Shown here: one piece after another, positions 1 to 12,765 of the stretch | Position numbering within the stretch: the stretch's first letter is position 1 | Layout: the number at the start of each line of letters is the position of its first letter | Source of the DNA: Squalus acanthias | Taxonomy: Eukaryota | Assembly: GCA_030390025.1 (NCBI GenBank) | Contig: CM059433.1 | Coordinates: 30,630,001 to 30,694,000 of the forward strand | DNA: 64,000 nt | Direction: 5' to 3' | The notes under the pieces: generated by a model | What the model was told of the DNA's origin: nothing | The model's input: the letters and a program-made list of their open reading frames with translations, nothing else | The model's database searches: none | Translations under genes and position numbers: made by a program

Positions 1-266
1 ACCTAAACCCATTTACATTGAAAATAGAACTCAACAGAAATCATTTGTTAGCTTCCTCCGACAATCCACAGGCTTTTAAAGCCAAGTTGCCATCATCTAA
101 TCATTACTCCTTCAGTTACCTATGGCTGCTTTTTCTATTCTTTTCATCCTTGGTGGTGTCATGTGATGCAGGCTATGGTTCTGCATCCAGGTTTCTCAAT
201 CAATAACCTATTATATATGGTGTAATAAGAGTGACACTTCTTTCACTAATGCGTAGCTTTTCTACA

Positions 267-541
267 ATTCATTCACGGGATGTGGGCATCGCTGGCAAGG
301 TCATCATTTATCGCTCAACCCTCGTTGCCCTTGAGAAGGTGGTGGCAGGCTTTCTTCTTGAACCGCTGCAGTCAGTGAGGCGAAGGTACTCCCACAGTGC
401 TGTTAGGTAGGGAGTTCCAGGACTTTGACCCAGCGACGATGAAGGAAGGGCTGATATATTTCCAAGTCGAGTTGGTGTACGACTTGGAGGGGAGCTTGGA
501 GGTGATGGTGTTCCCATGTGCCTGCTGCCCTTGACCTTCTG
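267..541 (-). mobile_element. 3' fragment of second CR1/Jockey-group LINE family (Crack/Daphne-like)
   Basis: Matches the 3' end (gggatgtgggc..gctggcaagg..cccttgagaaggtggtgg) of the longer RT-coding copies at 28812 and 48945. Confidence 0.85.
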
Positions 542-927
542 GATAAATTATAACTAACAGTATTTTACTTTGAGGGTTTTAAAATTTGTCAGTTCTTCCA
601 CTTACTTCAAGCAGATTTTCTTTTACTTCTTTACAAACAATGTTCCACGGTAACAAGTAATTAATAGATCATATGGCTTGTGATTAAAACTCCCATTAGA
701 TCAATTTGAAGAAAACAAAGAGGTTTTGAGAATGGTTATTGCATGGCTCATTACAAATCCTAAGGGTTAGATAACCAATTAAGTTTTCTCCACCCAAAAT
801 ATGAGTACACAGTTAAGTGAATAAAAACTGAAAGAGCTTCAGCACCAGGCTGTATATTGTTGGTCTCCTAAATGGTCAAGGTTTAAGTCTCAAGGCTGAC
901 TAACAATCACATCTATGAGCCCGCATG

Positions 928-937
928 GTGTCAGCCA

Positions 938-969
<32 letters not shown>

Positions 970-1373
970 GAGAAGGTTGTGGGTTCAAGAGACTTGAGCA
1001 CAAAATCTAGGCTGACGCTCCAGTGCAGTACTGAGGGAGTGTTTCACTGTCGGTGGTGTCGTTTTTCAGATGAGACCTTAAACCCAGGGCCCATCTGCCC
1101 TCTCAGGTGGCCGTAAAAGATCCCATGGCACTATTTTGAAGAAGAGCAGGGGTGTTCTCCCCTGTGTTCAGGCCTCACTTATGCTTCAGCCATCATCACT
1201 AAAGCAGGTGATCTGGTCATTATCACATTGCTATTTGTGGGAGCTTGCTGTGTGCAAATCCTGCTGCGTTTCCTGCATTACAACACTTCAAAAAGTATTT
1301 CATTGTTTAGGGCGCTTTGGGATGTCCTGAATTCATGAAAGGCACTAAATAAATGGAAATCTTTCTTTCTTTC
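928..1373 (+). mobile_element. tRNA-derived DeuSINE (SacSINE1-like), near full length
   Basis: A box TGGCTCAGTGG, B-box-like GGTTCAAG, core gtaaaagatcccatggcactatt..gaagagcagggg, L2-like tail, (CTTT)n end; many copies in window. Confidence 0.85.
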
Positions 1374-1550
1374 ACAGAGGGTATGGCCAAGTCAGAACAA
1401 CCACTGAGCCATGTAGTAAGAAAATGCTCCATTTCAGAGAGGTACAGAAAATGGCAGAAAAATGACTAGAAGCTGTGCAACTTCAGTCAGTAGATCTAGA
1501 CAGCAGACAACAGCAACTTAAAACAACATCTTACATTTGTATAGAGCCTT

Positions 1551-2009
1551 GAACATAGGAACATAGGAAGAGGAGTAGGCCTTGAGCCTGTTTCACCATT
1601 CAATTAGATCATGTCTGATCTGCACCTCAACTCTATCTACCCGCCTTGGTTCTGTAACCCTTAATATCCTCATCTAACAAAAATCTATCAATCTCAGTTT
1701 TGAAATGTGCAATTGACCCCCAGCCTCAGCAGCTTTCTGGGGGAGAGAGTTGCAGATTTCCACTACCCTTTGTGTGACAAAGTGCTTCCTGACATCACCC
1801 CTGAATGGCCTAGCTCTAATTTTAAGGTTATGTCCCCTTTGTTTCTGGGCACCCCACACCAGAGGAAATAGTTTCTCTCCATCTACCCTATCAACTCCTT
1901 TAATCATCTTAAACACCTCAATTAGATCACCCTTTAATGTTCTGTACACAATGGAATACAAGCCCAGTCGATGCAACCTGTCCTCCTAATTTAACCCTTT
2001 TAGCCCCAG
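1551..2009 (-). mobile_element. CR1 LINE 3' fragment
   Basis: ORF2 C-terminal peptide RLGLYS..GDLIEVFK..RGHNLK..TQRVV; (TTCCTATG)n tail. Confidence 0.9.
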
Positions 2010-2485
2010 TACTGAAAGAAATGCAAGAAAAAGTCCCAGGCCCTTCAGACATTGGAAGAGTTTCCAGGCGAGCACATCCTTCCATTCTGCTTCATGAATG
2101 AAACACTGAGAAGCAGACACAACCCACTTTAGATCAAAAGAGGAAAATGCAGAGTATTTTATTTTTAAAGACACCCCCCCCCCACTACCACCACCAGAAA
2201 ATCAGCATTAAAGTCAAACAAGAAACTAAATATTGTTTTTTTCATAACTCCTGCCAGGTGAGAGCTTCTAATGTTCGAACAGAAACAAAAATAAACATGG
2301 ATTTCCATAAAGTAATGATGTAGAACATGTACATAATAAACCCCATTAATCAGCTGGAAGTCACACTGCCACCTGCATAGTTAAAGTGAACAGGGCTGTA
2401 ATTTATATGTGCTATAGATAAATTGTGTTTAATATTACAGGACTGTGGGGGAACCACACTGCAATTATACTGGAGCCGCCGATCT

Positions 2486-2904
2486 CAACAACAACTTGCA
2501 TTTATATAGCACATTTAACGTCCCACAGCGCTTCTCAGGAGCGTTATCAGACAAAATTTAAAACCCTTAATACCTCTGGTTAACAGAAATCTATCAATCT
2601 CTGGCAGGGGAGTGCAGAACAATGGGGATAACCTTATAATTAGAGCTAGCTGTTCAGAGGTGATGTCAGAAAGCACTACTTCTCACAAAGGGTGGTGGAA
2701 ATCTGGAACTCTCTCCCCAAAAAAGCTGTTGAGGCTGGGGGTCAATTGAAAATTTCATAGCTGAGATCGATAGATTTTTGTTCGGCAAGGTTATTAAGGG
2801 ATATAGAACCAAGGCGGGTAGATGGAGTTAAGATACAGATCAGCCATGATCTCATTGAATGGTGGAACAGGCTCGAGAGGCTGAATGGCCTCCTCCTGTC
2901 CCTA
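2486..2904. mobile_element. Cluster: L2 3' tail (-, 2486-2560), short CR1 piece (-, 2562-2601), CR1 3' end (+, 2603-2904)
   Basis: caacaacttgcatttatatagc L2 tail; CR1 3' UTR ending ggctgaatggcctcctcctgtcc. Confidence 0.75.
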
Positions 2905-3648
2905 GGTGGTCTTCAGGTCTCCACCCACCCATCTCCAGGTAAATCATTTTGCAAGCTTCCCTGGCCTGCTCCCCACAATTAAGGAAGTTCATGCCCTATC
3001 TATGCTAGACATTAATTCACCTAATCATCTATTACGAATTCACCGCTTACCTGCCTAATTCCTCTCGTGTATATATTTAACGGAATAATATCGCCGTCAT
3101 AGGAGGAAAACATGGTAAAAAGAATTAACTGGCACAAGCCAAGATCAGGATCTAACATTTGAAACAAATCAGGGCAACACTTCCCATGTGCATTGACACA
3201 TGAGATCGCATGGTTAATTAAGATAAATTAATGATTCATTAATACATGGATTTATATAGCTCTTTATCACATCAAAATCCCTCAAAGCGCTTCACTTAAT
3301 GAATTATTTGATGGACAGTATTACCAATACTAGAATTTCACCAGGGTTTACAAGTTTGATTTTTCTTCTGCTTTCTCGACCCCTTTTTATCTCCTCCTGA
3401 AGGCATTGGGTCATGATTGAGATACAATTCCATAGTTACTGGCCACCCTCCTGTACTTTGACTGGGCATTCTGTGCCCGTGAGCCCTAGATGGTGTCTGC
3501 CCTCTAAGTTAGAAGATCCCATGGTGCGATTTCGAAGAGCAGGAGAGTTCTCCCCGGTGTCCTGGCCAATATTTATCCCTCAACCAACATCACTAAAAAT
3601 CAGATTATCTGGTCACTATCACATTGCTGTTTGTGGGAGCTTGCTGTG

Positions 3649-6405
3649 AAAAAGAATATGAGAGTAAATTAGCAAGAGACATAAAAACAGATTTTAAACG
3701 TTTTTATAGGTATGTAAATAGGAAGAGATTAGTGAAAGTAAATGTGGGCCCATTAGAGGCAGAGACAGGAGAAATTATAATGACCAATAATGGCGGAGAC
3801 ATTAAACAACTACTTTGGGGGGAATTTTGCCAGCGCTCAGAGGGCGGGTTTGGAGGCGGGACTACAGGCAAAATTGCAAAGAATGACAGCGGGTCCTGAA
3901 CCCGCTGTCAACCCACCTCCATACAATATTTCCACATGTCGGGTCCCCGATTTGCGTAGGGACCCGACACCTAGTGGCGGGAAGAGGATTATAGGTACTT
4001 AACTGCCTGTTAACAGGTACTTAACAGGCAGTTAAGTGGCTTTTTTCAATTTTGACAGGTCGACTGCGGGCTTCCTGACATCCGGACACCACGCCAGGGT
4101 AAGTGTGGCATGCTGTGGGTTTACTGTAAGGTTTGTGCATTGATGACAGCTGCAGAAGTGGTGTGAAGGATCCAATGGTACACTGGTGAGTTTCAGAGGT
4201 AAGAAAATGTTGGGAAAATCATTTTTAATGTATTTAGACTTTTCTGTAGGTAACAAGATTTGAAGTGTTTGTGTAGTCCCACCTCATTGGGAGAACCTCT
4301 CTCACCAGTGACAGATCGCTTCTGTAACCTCACCTGCAGCTGCCATCTGTTTTATCCTAAGGAGAGATTCACTGGAGAGCCTGAGTGCAAGGGCTCACCT
4401 TTGTACAGTGACTGGCAGTGTTTACAGCACCTCAATGCTGTCAAACACTGAAAAACCATGTCAAAAAAAAATGTGCATGTCCCCTTTAAGAAAACCGGCA
4501 GATGACGCGTCATCAACTGACGTCATCTGACACTGGCTTTCTCTTAATTGGCCGGCAAGCCCGCAGGGAGGGTTTAACAAGGCCAATTGACATAAGATTA
4601 CGTCTGTGCGTCGGGCGTGGGATCGGAACCCGGAAGGCAGATGACCCGCTCCCAACTCGCACTGAAAGGTAAGATCACGGCCTTTGTACTGTCGTCGTGG
4701 TAGAAAATACAAAAAAATTCCAGAAATAATTGGGAACCAAGGGTCTAGAGAGAATGAGGAACTTAAAGAATTCAGTATAAGTAAAGACACAGTACTGGAG
4801 AAATTAATGGGACTAACTGGCGACAAATCCCCATGACCTGACGAGCTACATCCTAGGGTTTTAAAAGAGGTAACTGTAGAGATAGTGGATGCACTGGTAA
4901 TAATCTTCCAGAATTCCCTAGATTCTAGAATGGTTCTCGTGGTTTGGAAGGTAGTAAACATAACCCCGCAATTTAAGAAAGGAGGAAGAGAAAAAATGGG
5001 GAACTACAGGACAGTTAGCCTGACATCATTAGTAGGCAAAATGCTAGAATCTATTATTAGGGATCTGGTAACAGGGCAATTAGAAAAGTCATAATATGAT
5101 TAGGCAGAGCCAACATGGTTTTATGAAAGGGAAATCGTGTTTGACAAATCTGTTAGAGTTTTTTGAAGATGTAACTAGTAGGATGGATAAGAGGGAACCA
5201 GTGGATGTAGTGTATTTGGATTTTCAAAAAGCATTCGATAAGGTGCCACACAAGAGGTTATTGCACAAAATTAGGACTCATAGGATTGGGAGTAATATAT
5301 TAGCATGGATTGAGGATTGGTTAATAGACAGAAAACAGCAAGTAGGAATAAACGGGACTTTTTCAGGTTGGCAGGCTGTAACTAGCGGGGTACCGCAAGG
5401 ATCAGTGCTTGGGCCTCAGCTATTTACAATCTATATTAATGACTTAGATGAAGGGACTGAGTGTAACGTATCCAAGTTTGCTGATGATACAAAGTTAGGT
5501 GGGAAAGTAAGCTGTGAGGAGGATGCAAAGAGGCTGCAGAGAGATAAAGAGAGGTTGACTGAGTGGGCAAGAACATGGCAAATGGAATACAATGTGGGGA
5601 AGTGTGAAGTTATCCACTTTGGTAGGAAAAACAAAAAAGCAGAATATTTTTTGAATGGTGAGAGACTGGGAAATGTTTGCACTCAGAGGGACCTGGGTGT
5701 CCTTGTACATGAATCACAGAAAGTTAACATGCAGGTACAGCAAGCAATTAGGAAAGCAAATTATATGTTAGCTTTTGTTACAAAGGGATTAGAGTATAAG
5801 AGTAAAGAAGTCTTACTACAATTATATAGGGCACTGGTGAGGCCACACCTGGAGTACTGTGTACAGTTCTGGTCTCCCTACCTAAGGAAAGACATACTTG
5901 CCTTAGAGGGGGTACAGCGAAGGTTCACTAGACTGGTTCCTGGGATGAGGGGGTTGCCCTTTGAGGAGAGATTAAGTAGACTTGGCCTATATTCCTTAGA
6001 GTTTAGAAGAATGAGGGGTGATCTAATTGAAACATAAAATTCTTAAGGGGTTTGACAGGGTTAATGCTGGGAAAATGTTTCCCCTGGCTGGGGAATCTAG
6101 AACACGAGGTCACAGTCACAGAATATGGGGTAGGCCATTTAGGACTGAGATGAGGAGAAATTTCTTCACTCAAAGGGTTGTGAATCTTTGGAATTCTCTA
6201 CCCCAGAGAGCTGTGGATGGTCAGTCATTGAGTATATTCAAGACAGATGTGATAAATTTTTGGGAACAAAGGGATTAAGGAATATGGGGATAGTGCGGGA
6301 AGGTGGAGTTGAGGTAGAAGATCAACTATGATCTTGTTGAATGGCGGAGCAGGCTTGAAGGGCCAAATGGCTGACTCCAGCTCCTATTTCTTATGTTCTT
6401 ATGTT
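3649..6405 (+). mobile_element. CR1 LINE, 5'-truncated, degenerate ORF2 with RT domain
   Basis: ORFs 4885-5094, 5096-6037 and 6027-6278 carry YLDFQKAFDKV, GVPQGSVLGP, KFADDTK; (TTCTTATG)n tail. Confidence 0.97.
3817..4682. mobile_element. Non-autonomous PIF/Harbinger-like element (MITE) inserted in CR1
   Basis: Interrupts CR1 at aactacttt|..|tttgtact (TTT duplicated); degenerate GG..ATTTT..CC-type ends; internal sequence homologous to 23658-24311. Confidence 0.8.
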
Positions 6406-6644
6406 CTGTGCTCAAATTGGCTACTACCTTTCCTACATTACCACAGTGACCACACTTCAAAAGTACTTCATTGGCTGTAAAGCACTTTGGGATGTCCTGA
6501 GGGGTCGTGAAAGGCGCTATATAGATGCAAGTTCTTTCTTTCTTCTTTGTAATGAAAAGTAAGAAGTAAATTCTCTCTGCTTCACAAGTTAATACTATCC
6601 ACAGTCATTGCTAGTGATAAGCACTATCCCTTCGGGAAACTATT

Positions 6645-7331
6645 AAATTTAGGTGTCCTCGTACAGGAAACACAGAAAGTTAGCACATAGGTACAGCAAG
6701 CAATAAGGAAGGCAAATGGTATGTTGGCCTTTATTGCAAGGGGGTTGGAGTATAAGAGTAAGGAAGTCTTGCTACAATTGTACTGGGCTTTGCTGAGACC
6801 ACTGAGTACTGTGCACAGTTTTGGTCTCATTATCTGAGGAAGGACATACATGCCTTACAGGCGGTGCAACAAAGGTTCACTAGATTGATCCCTGGGATGA
6901 GAGGGTGTCCTAAGAGGAGAGATTGAGTAGACTGGGCCTATACTCTCTAGAGTTTAGAAGAATGAGAGGTGATCTCATTGAAACATATAAGATACTGAAA
7001 GGGATTGACAGGGTAGGTGTTGAAAGGTTGTTTCCCCTGGCAGGAAAGTCTAGAACTAAGGGGAATAGTCTCAGGATAAGGGGTCGGCCATTAAGACTGA
7101 GATGAGGAGGAATTTCTTCACTCAGAGGGTTGTGAATCTTTGGAATTCGCTACCCCAGAGGGCTGTGGATGCTGAGTCATTGAGTATGTTCAAGGCTGAG
7201 ATAGATAGATTTTTGGACTCTAGGAGATCGGGCAGGAAATTGGAGTTGAGGTCGAAGATCAGCTATGATCTTATTGGATGGCGGAGCAGGCTTGAAGGGC
7301 CTACTCCTGCTCATAACTCTTATGTTCTTAT
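6645..7331 (+). mobile_element. CR1 LINE 3' fragment
   Basis: RLGLYSLEFRRMRGDLIETYK; (TTCTTATG)n tail. Confidence 0.92.
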
Positions 7332-7646
7332 GGGAGCATGTGCTTTAGCTGGAATGCTTTTGTGCACTGAGAGGGGACTGGGGTAGACTGGAAGTGTTGG
7401 TATTTTTGCTGTCTAGGGCGGACCTTAAGTAAAATTTTTCTGTTCATACAAGAACCCTTACGGGGCCTGGGGACCCTGCATTTCATTGAACAGCATAGCT
7501 AGAGCTCTCTCACTGACTCACCTGGTTAAGGCAGCTGAGCTACACAGACCAGAGGATTGAATCTAATCTCTTCTGAGCTCAGATATATGTTGGCTGTAGG
7601 ATGAGTGCTACAGTTGGTCTCAGAACACTTGGTCTAGGGAAAGGAA

Positions 7647-7847
7647 TGATGTGGAGATGCCGGTGTTGGACTGGGGTGGACAAATGTGAGAAGTCGCACA
7701 ACACCAGGTTATAGTCCAACAGCTTTATTTGAAATCACAAGCTTTCGGAGTGTTGCTCCTTCACCTGACGAAGGAGCAGCGCTCCGAAAGCTTGCGATTT
7801 CAAATAAAGCTGTTGGACTATAACCCGGTGTTGTGCGACTTCTTACA
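7647..7847. mobile_element. Penelope-like element terminal fragment (family A), fold-back copy
   Basis: ~78-bp inverted arms (7685-7762 / 7770-7847); flanked by TAGGGAAAGGAA / TAGGGAAAGCAA; same 5' sequence as 21546. Confidence 0.75.
7761..7797 (+). ncRNA. Minimal type I hammerhead ribozyme motif
   Basis: tcac-CTGACGA-a-ggagc agc gctcc-GAAA-gc-TT-gcga; stem I has one mismatch. Confidence 0.7.
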
Positions 7848-7924
7848 TAGGGAAAGCAAGATCAACCATGATTGCTATACAGTGATCCTGGATGGAAAAT
7901 CTCAATGAGTTATCTTGGTCAAGA

Positions 7925-8372
7925 ACTGAAAGGTTATAACGATCAGGAAAGACTGAACAGGCTGGGGCTCTTTTCTCCAGAAAAGATAAGGCTGCGGGGC
8001 AACCTTTAAAATGATGAAGGGGTTTGATAGGGTAAACATAGAGAAGATGTTTCTGCTTGTGGGAGAGTCCAAAACTGGAGGACACAAATATAAGATGGTC
8101 ACTAATGAATCTATTAAGGATTTCAGGAGAAACTTCTTTACTCAGAGCGGTGAGAATGTGGAACTCGCTACCATATGGAATAGTTGGGGTGAATAGCATA
8201 GCTACATTTAAGGGGAAGCTAGATAAACACATGAGGGAGAAAGGAATAGAAGGATATGCAGATAGGGTTGGATGAAGTAGGGTGGGAGGAGGCTCATGTA
8301 AAGCATAAACACCGACATGGACCAGTTGGGCCGAATGGCCTGTTTCTGCGCTGTACATTCTATGTAATTTTA
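7925..8372 (+). mobile_element. CR1 LINE 3' fragment (TATGTAATT-tail subfamily)
   Basis: KGFDRV..GHKYK..FRRNFFTQ; ggccgaatggcc hairpin before tail. Confidence 0.88.
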
Positions 8373-8528
8373 TGGTGCAAGGGGGAGGGATTCAAATTCC
8401 TTGGACATTGGAACCTGTTCTGGGGGAGGTGGGACCAGTACAAACGGGACGGTCTGCACCTGGGCAGGGCCGGGACCAATGTCCTAGGGGGAGTGTTTGC
8501 TAGTGCTGTTGGGGAGGGTTTAAACTAA
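8373..8528 (+). pseudogene. CR1 ORF1 C-terminus (SGNH/GDSL esterase-like)
   Basis: WCKGEGFKFLGHW..YKRDGLHL..GEGLN*; DxxH motif typical of esterase-type CR1 ORF1. Confidence 0.85.
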
Positions 8529-8714
8529 AGTGGCAGGGGGTTGGGAACCTGAGCAGGGAGACAGAGGAAATGGAAACAAGGATAAAAGCAAAAGACAGGA
8601 AGGAGAAAAACAAAAGTAGAAGGCAAAGAACTCAACGGTTTAAATCAAACATGGTCACAGTAAATAATAATTCATATAGGTCTGACAGCATTAAAAAAAA
8701 CAAGCCTGAAGGCT

Positions 8715-11443
8715 TTGTATCTTAATGCAAGGAGCATTCGGAACAAGGTGGATGAAGTAGCTGTGCAAATAGAGGTAAATGAATACGATTTGATTGGGAT
8801 TACAGAAACATGGCTCCAGGGTGGCCAAGGCTGGGAACTCAACATCCAGGGTTATTCAATATTTAGGAAAGATAGGCAAAAAAGAAAGGGAGGTGGGGTA
8901 GCATTGCTGGTTAAAGAGGGGATTAACACAATTGAAAGGAAGGATAGTAACTCTGATGATGCGGAATCTGTATGGGTAGAACTGAGAAATAACAAGGGGC
9001 AGAAAACGTTAGTGGGAGTGGTATATAGACCTCCAAACAGTAATACGGAGGATGGGGACGGCATTAAAAGGGAAATTAGAGGAGCATGCAGTAAGGGCAC
9101 AGCAGTCATCATGGGTGACTTTAATTTACATATAGATTGGGCTAACCAAATTAGTAAAAATACTGTGGAGGAGGAATTCCTAGAATGTTTACGGGATGGT
9201 TTTCTGGAATAATATGTCGAGGAACCAACCAGAGATCAGGCCATCTTAGACTGGGTATTATGTAACGAGAAAGGATTAATGAGCAATCTTGTTGTACGAG
9301 GCCCCTTGGGTCAGAGTGATCATTATATGATAGAATTCTTCATTAGGATGGAGAGTGAAGTAGTTGAATCAGAGACTAGGGTCCTGAATTTAAATAAAGG
9401 AAACTACGATGGTATGAGGCGCGAATTGGGTAGGATTGATTGGGGAATGTCACTCAAAGGGTTGACGGTGGATAGGCAATGGCAAACATTCAAAGACTGC
9501 ATGGATGAACAACAGAATTTGTTCATCCCAGTGTGGCATAAGAATAAAACAAAAAGGGTGACTCAACCGTGGCTAACAAGGGAAATTAGGGATAGCATAA
9601 GATCCAAGGAGAGGGCATATAAATTGGCCAGAAAAAGCGATAACCCTGAGGATTGGGAGCAGTTTAGGATTCAACAAAGGAGGACAAAGGGATTAATTAA
9701 GAAGGGGAAAATAGAATATGAAAGTAAGCTTGCAGGGAACATAAAAACTGACTGTAAGAGCTTTTATAGATATGTGAAGAGAAAAAGATTAGTGAAATCA
9801 AGTGTAGGTCCCTTGCAGTCAGAAGCGGGGGAAGTTATAATAGGGAACAAAGAAATGGCAGACCAATTAAATGCATATTTTGGTTCTGTCTTCACAAAGG
9901 AGGACACAAATAACCTCCCAGAGATGTTGGAGAACATAGGGTCTGATGAAAGGGAGGAACTGAAAGAAATCAGTATTTGCAGGGAAATGGTGTTAGGGAA
10001 ATTGACGGGATTGAAGGCCGATAATTACCCAGGGTCTGATAATCTACATCCTAGGGTACTTAAGGAAGTGGCCCTAGAAATAGTAGACGCATTGCTGATC
10101 ATCTTCCAACATTCGATGGAATCTGGAACTGTACCCATGGATTGGAGGGTAGCTAATGTTACCCCACTATTCAAAAAGGGTGGTAGAGAGAAAGCGGGGA
10201 ATTACAGACCGGTAAGCCTGACATCGGTAGTGGGGAAAATGCTAGAGTCCATTATAAAGGATGTAATAGCTGAGCACTTGAAAAACAGTGACAGGATCGG
10301 ACAAAGTCAACATGGATTTACAAAAGGTAAATCGTGCTTGACTAATCTACTGGAATTTTTTGCGGATGTAACTGGGAAAATAGATAAGGGAGAACCAGTA
10401 GATGTGGTGTATTTGGACTTTCAAAAGGCTTTTGATAAGGTCCCGCATAAGAGATTAGCGTGTAAAGTTAAGGCACATGGGATTGGGGGCAAGGTATTGA
10501 CTTGGATAGAGAACTGGTTGGCGGACAGAAAGCAGAGAGTAGGAATTAATGGATCTTTTTCCGAGTGGCAGGCAGTGACTAGTGGGGTACCGCAGGGATT
10601 GGTCCTTGGACCCCAGCTATTCACAATATACATTAATGCTGCGAGGAGGATACCGAGAAACTCCAGGATGATTTGGACAGGTTGGGTGAGTGGGCAGAAG
10701 TGTGGCAGATGCAATATAACGTGGATAAATGCGAGGTTATCCACTTTGGTGTCAAAAACAGAAAGGCAGACTATTATCTGAATGGCAATAGATTGGGAGA
10801 AGGGGAAGTGCAACGAGACCTGGGTGTCCTTGTGCACCAGTCGCTGAAGGTAAGCATCCAGGTGCAGCAGGAGGTGAAGAAGGCAAATGGTATGTTGGCC
10901 TTCATAGCGAAAGGGTTTGAGTATAGGAACAGGGATGTCCTGCTGCAGTTGTACAGGGCCTTGGTGAGACCACACCTTGAGTACTGTGTGCAGTTTTGGT
11001 CGCCTTATCTGAGGAAGGATGTTCTTGCCATGGAAGGAGTTCAGCGAAGATTCACAAGGCTGATACCTGGGATGGCAGGAATGACATATGAGGAGAGATT
11101 GGGTCGATTGGGCTTATACTCACTGGAGTATAGAAGAATGAGAGGGGATCTCATCGAAACATATAAAATTCTGACAGGTCTGGACAAACTAGATGCAGGA
11201 AGAATGTTCCTGATGGTCAGAGAGTCCAGAACCAGGGGTCATAATCTAAGGATAAGGGGTAAGCCATTTAGGACAGAAATGAGGAAGAATTTCTTCACCC
11301 AGAGAGTGGTGAACCTGTGGAATTCTCTACCACAGAAGGTAGTTGAGGCCAAGTCATTAAATATATTCAAGAATGAGTTAGATATATTTCTTAAAGCTAA
11401 AGGTATCAAGGGATATGGGGAGAAGGCAGGTACAGGGTACTGA
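8715..11443 (+). pseudogene. CR1 ORF2 (APE endonuclease + reverse transcriptase), disrupted
   Basis: YLNARS, GITETW, YRPP, MGDFN, SDH endonuclease motifs; stop at 9210-9212; deletion near 10638 removes KFADD and shifts frame. Confidence 0.97.
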
Positions 11444-12095
11444 GTTTGGATGATCAGCCATGATCTCATCGAATGGCGGAGCAGGCTCGAGGGGCCGAAT
11501 GGCCTACTCCTGCTCCTATCTTCTATGTTTCTATGTTTCTATGTAAGATGCAATCTCTCATCCTGGGCTGCCACTACTCAGCTTGCAGTACTGAGTCTCT
11601 ATTTGTTGTGAGAACGTCACATTAAGATTGATCTGGTCATGTCTATGACATGGCTACAGGAAACTTTGTGTTACAGGTCTTGACTGACTGACAGATTAAT
11701 CTCTGGAGCAGGCGTTCGGTGAATCAGAGGGACCATTTTTCAAATATTGCTTCCTCCTTCAAAACATACTGGGATCTAGCAAAAAGCAGGCAATTAATTA
11801 AAGTTAAGAAGAGAAAAGATATTACAGGTTATATCAGATAGAAGAAACTAAAGGTAAAATAGAGAATCTGGGAATGGGAATACATGACAAGCAGTATTTG
11901 GAATATTAAATTTTTAATTAAAATGGTTTAAAATATTAATATTACAATTACTCCCAGCACTTCAGTAGCTTTATGAATATAACACAAGAATTTTTTTCAG
12001 TGTTATGAAATAGCCAGGCCAGGGAGCCTCGTATTTCCCTGGATCAACCAACAGTCGAAAGATTGAAGAAGTTTCTCAATTCATTTAAAAAAATG

Positions 12096-12443
12096 TATTC
12101 TCGGGACGTGGGCGTCGGTGGCAAGGCTGGCATTTATTGCCTATCCCCAGTTGCGTTGGATACAACTGAGAGGATTGCTAGGCCACTTCAGAGGGCAGTT
12201 AAGAGTCAACCAAATGAGTCACACATTGGCCAGAGCGGGGAAGGACAGCAAGCTTCCATCCCGAAAGGACATTCGTGAACCAGCTGGGTTTTTACAACAA
12301 TCATGGTCACTTTTACTGACAGCAGCTTTTTATTTCTAGATTTTTTTAAACTGGATTCAAATACACAAAATGCCATTGCGGGATTTGAACTTCCGTTCCA
12401 TGGATTCCTCATCCAGTAACATTACCATTGCACCAGCATGCCC
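12096..12443 (-). mobile_element. Second tRNA-derived SINE family with Crack-like LINE tail
   Basis: Minus strand: TGGTGCAATGG (A box), GTTCAAATCCC (B box); 3' ~60 nt match the tail at 267, 28812 and 48945. Confidence 0.7.
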
Positions 12444-12552
12444 ATATATGCATCTCGGCAGTAATAAGAGATGTATTGATCAAATCCTATAGGCATTAAG
12501 AGGGCACCTTTTTCTGAGGTAGGGCTGCTGAAATTAAGAACATGTAACACAG

Positions 12553-12765
12553 AATCATAGAATGATACAGCACAGAAGGAGGTCATTCGGCCCATCACAC
12601 CCATGCTGGCTCTTTGAAAGTGCTATCCAATTAGTCCCACTCCCCTGCTCTTTCCCCATAGTCCTGCAAATTTTCCCCTTCAAGTATTTATCCAATTCCC
12701 TTTTGAAAGTGACTATGGAATCTGCTTTCACCACCCTTTCAGGCAGTGCATTCCAGATCACAACA
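12553..12765 (-). mobile_element. CR1 LINE 3' fragment
   Basis: IWNALPERVV..FKRELDKYL; TCTATGAT-type tail. Confidence 0.88.

Larger units (their letters stand above)
3514..6545 (+). mobile_element. DeuSINE split into 3514-3648 and 6406-6545 by a CR1 insertion
   Basis: SINE reads ..gggagcttgctgtg | (c)tgtgctcaaattggct..; CTGTG duplicated at both junctions. Confidence 0.85.
8373..11543 (+). mobile_element. CR1 LINE, 3.2 kb: end of ORF1 plus disrupted ORF2
   Basis: ORF1 end, APE endonuclease, RT, 3' UTR and (TTCTATGT)n tail in the expected order. Confidence 0.98.

Noticed and set aside
928..1000. tRNA genes at SINE heads
   Set aside because: Only A/B boxes are retained and each runs straight into the SINE body; no full cloverleaf seen
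2562..2904. Twin-priming inversion of one CR1
   Set aside because: The inverted piece duplicates a region already present in the plus copy and differs in sequence, so two insertions are more likely
10421..10975. Recurrent antisense ORFs (also 14231, 39762, 39982, 40669, 55167)
   Set aside because: Shadow frames of CR1 ORF2; they recur only because the element is repeated
8373..11543. Intact autonomous retrotransposon
   Set aside because: 5'-truncated in ORF1, nonsense codon, and RT active-site deletion; the other long copies also lack 5' ends
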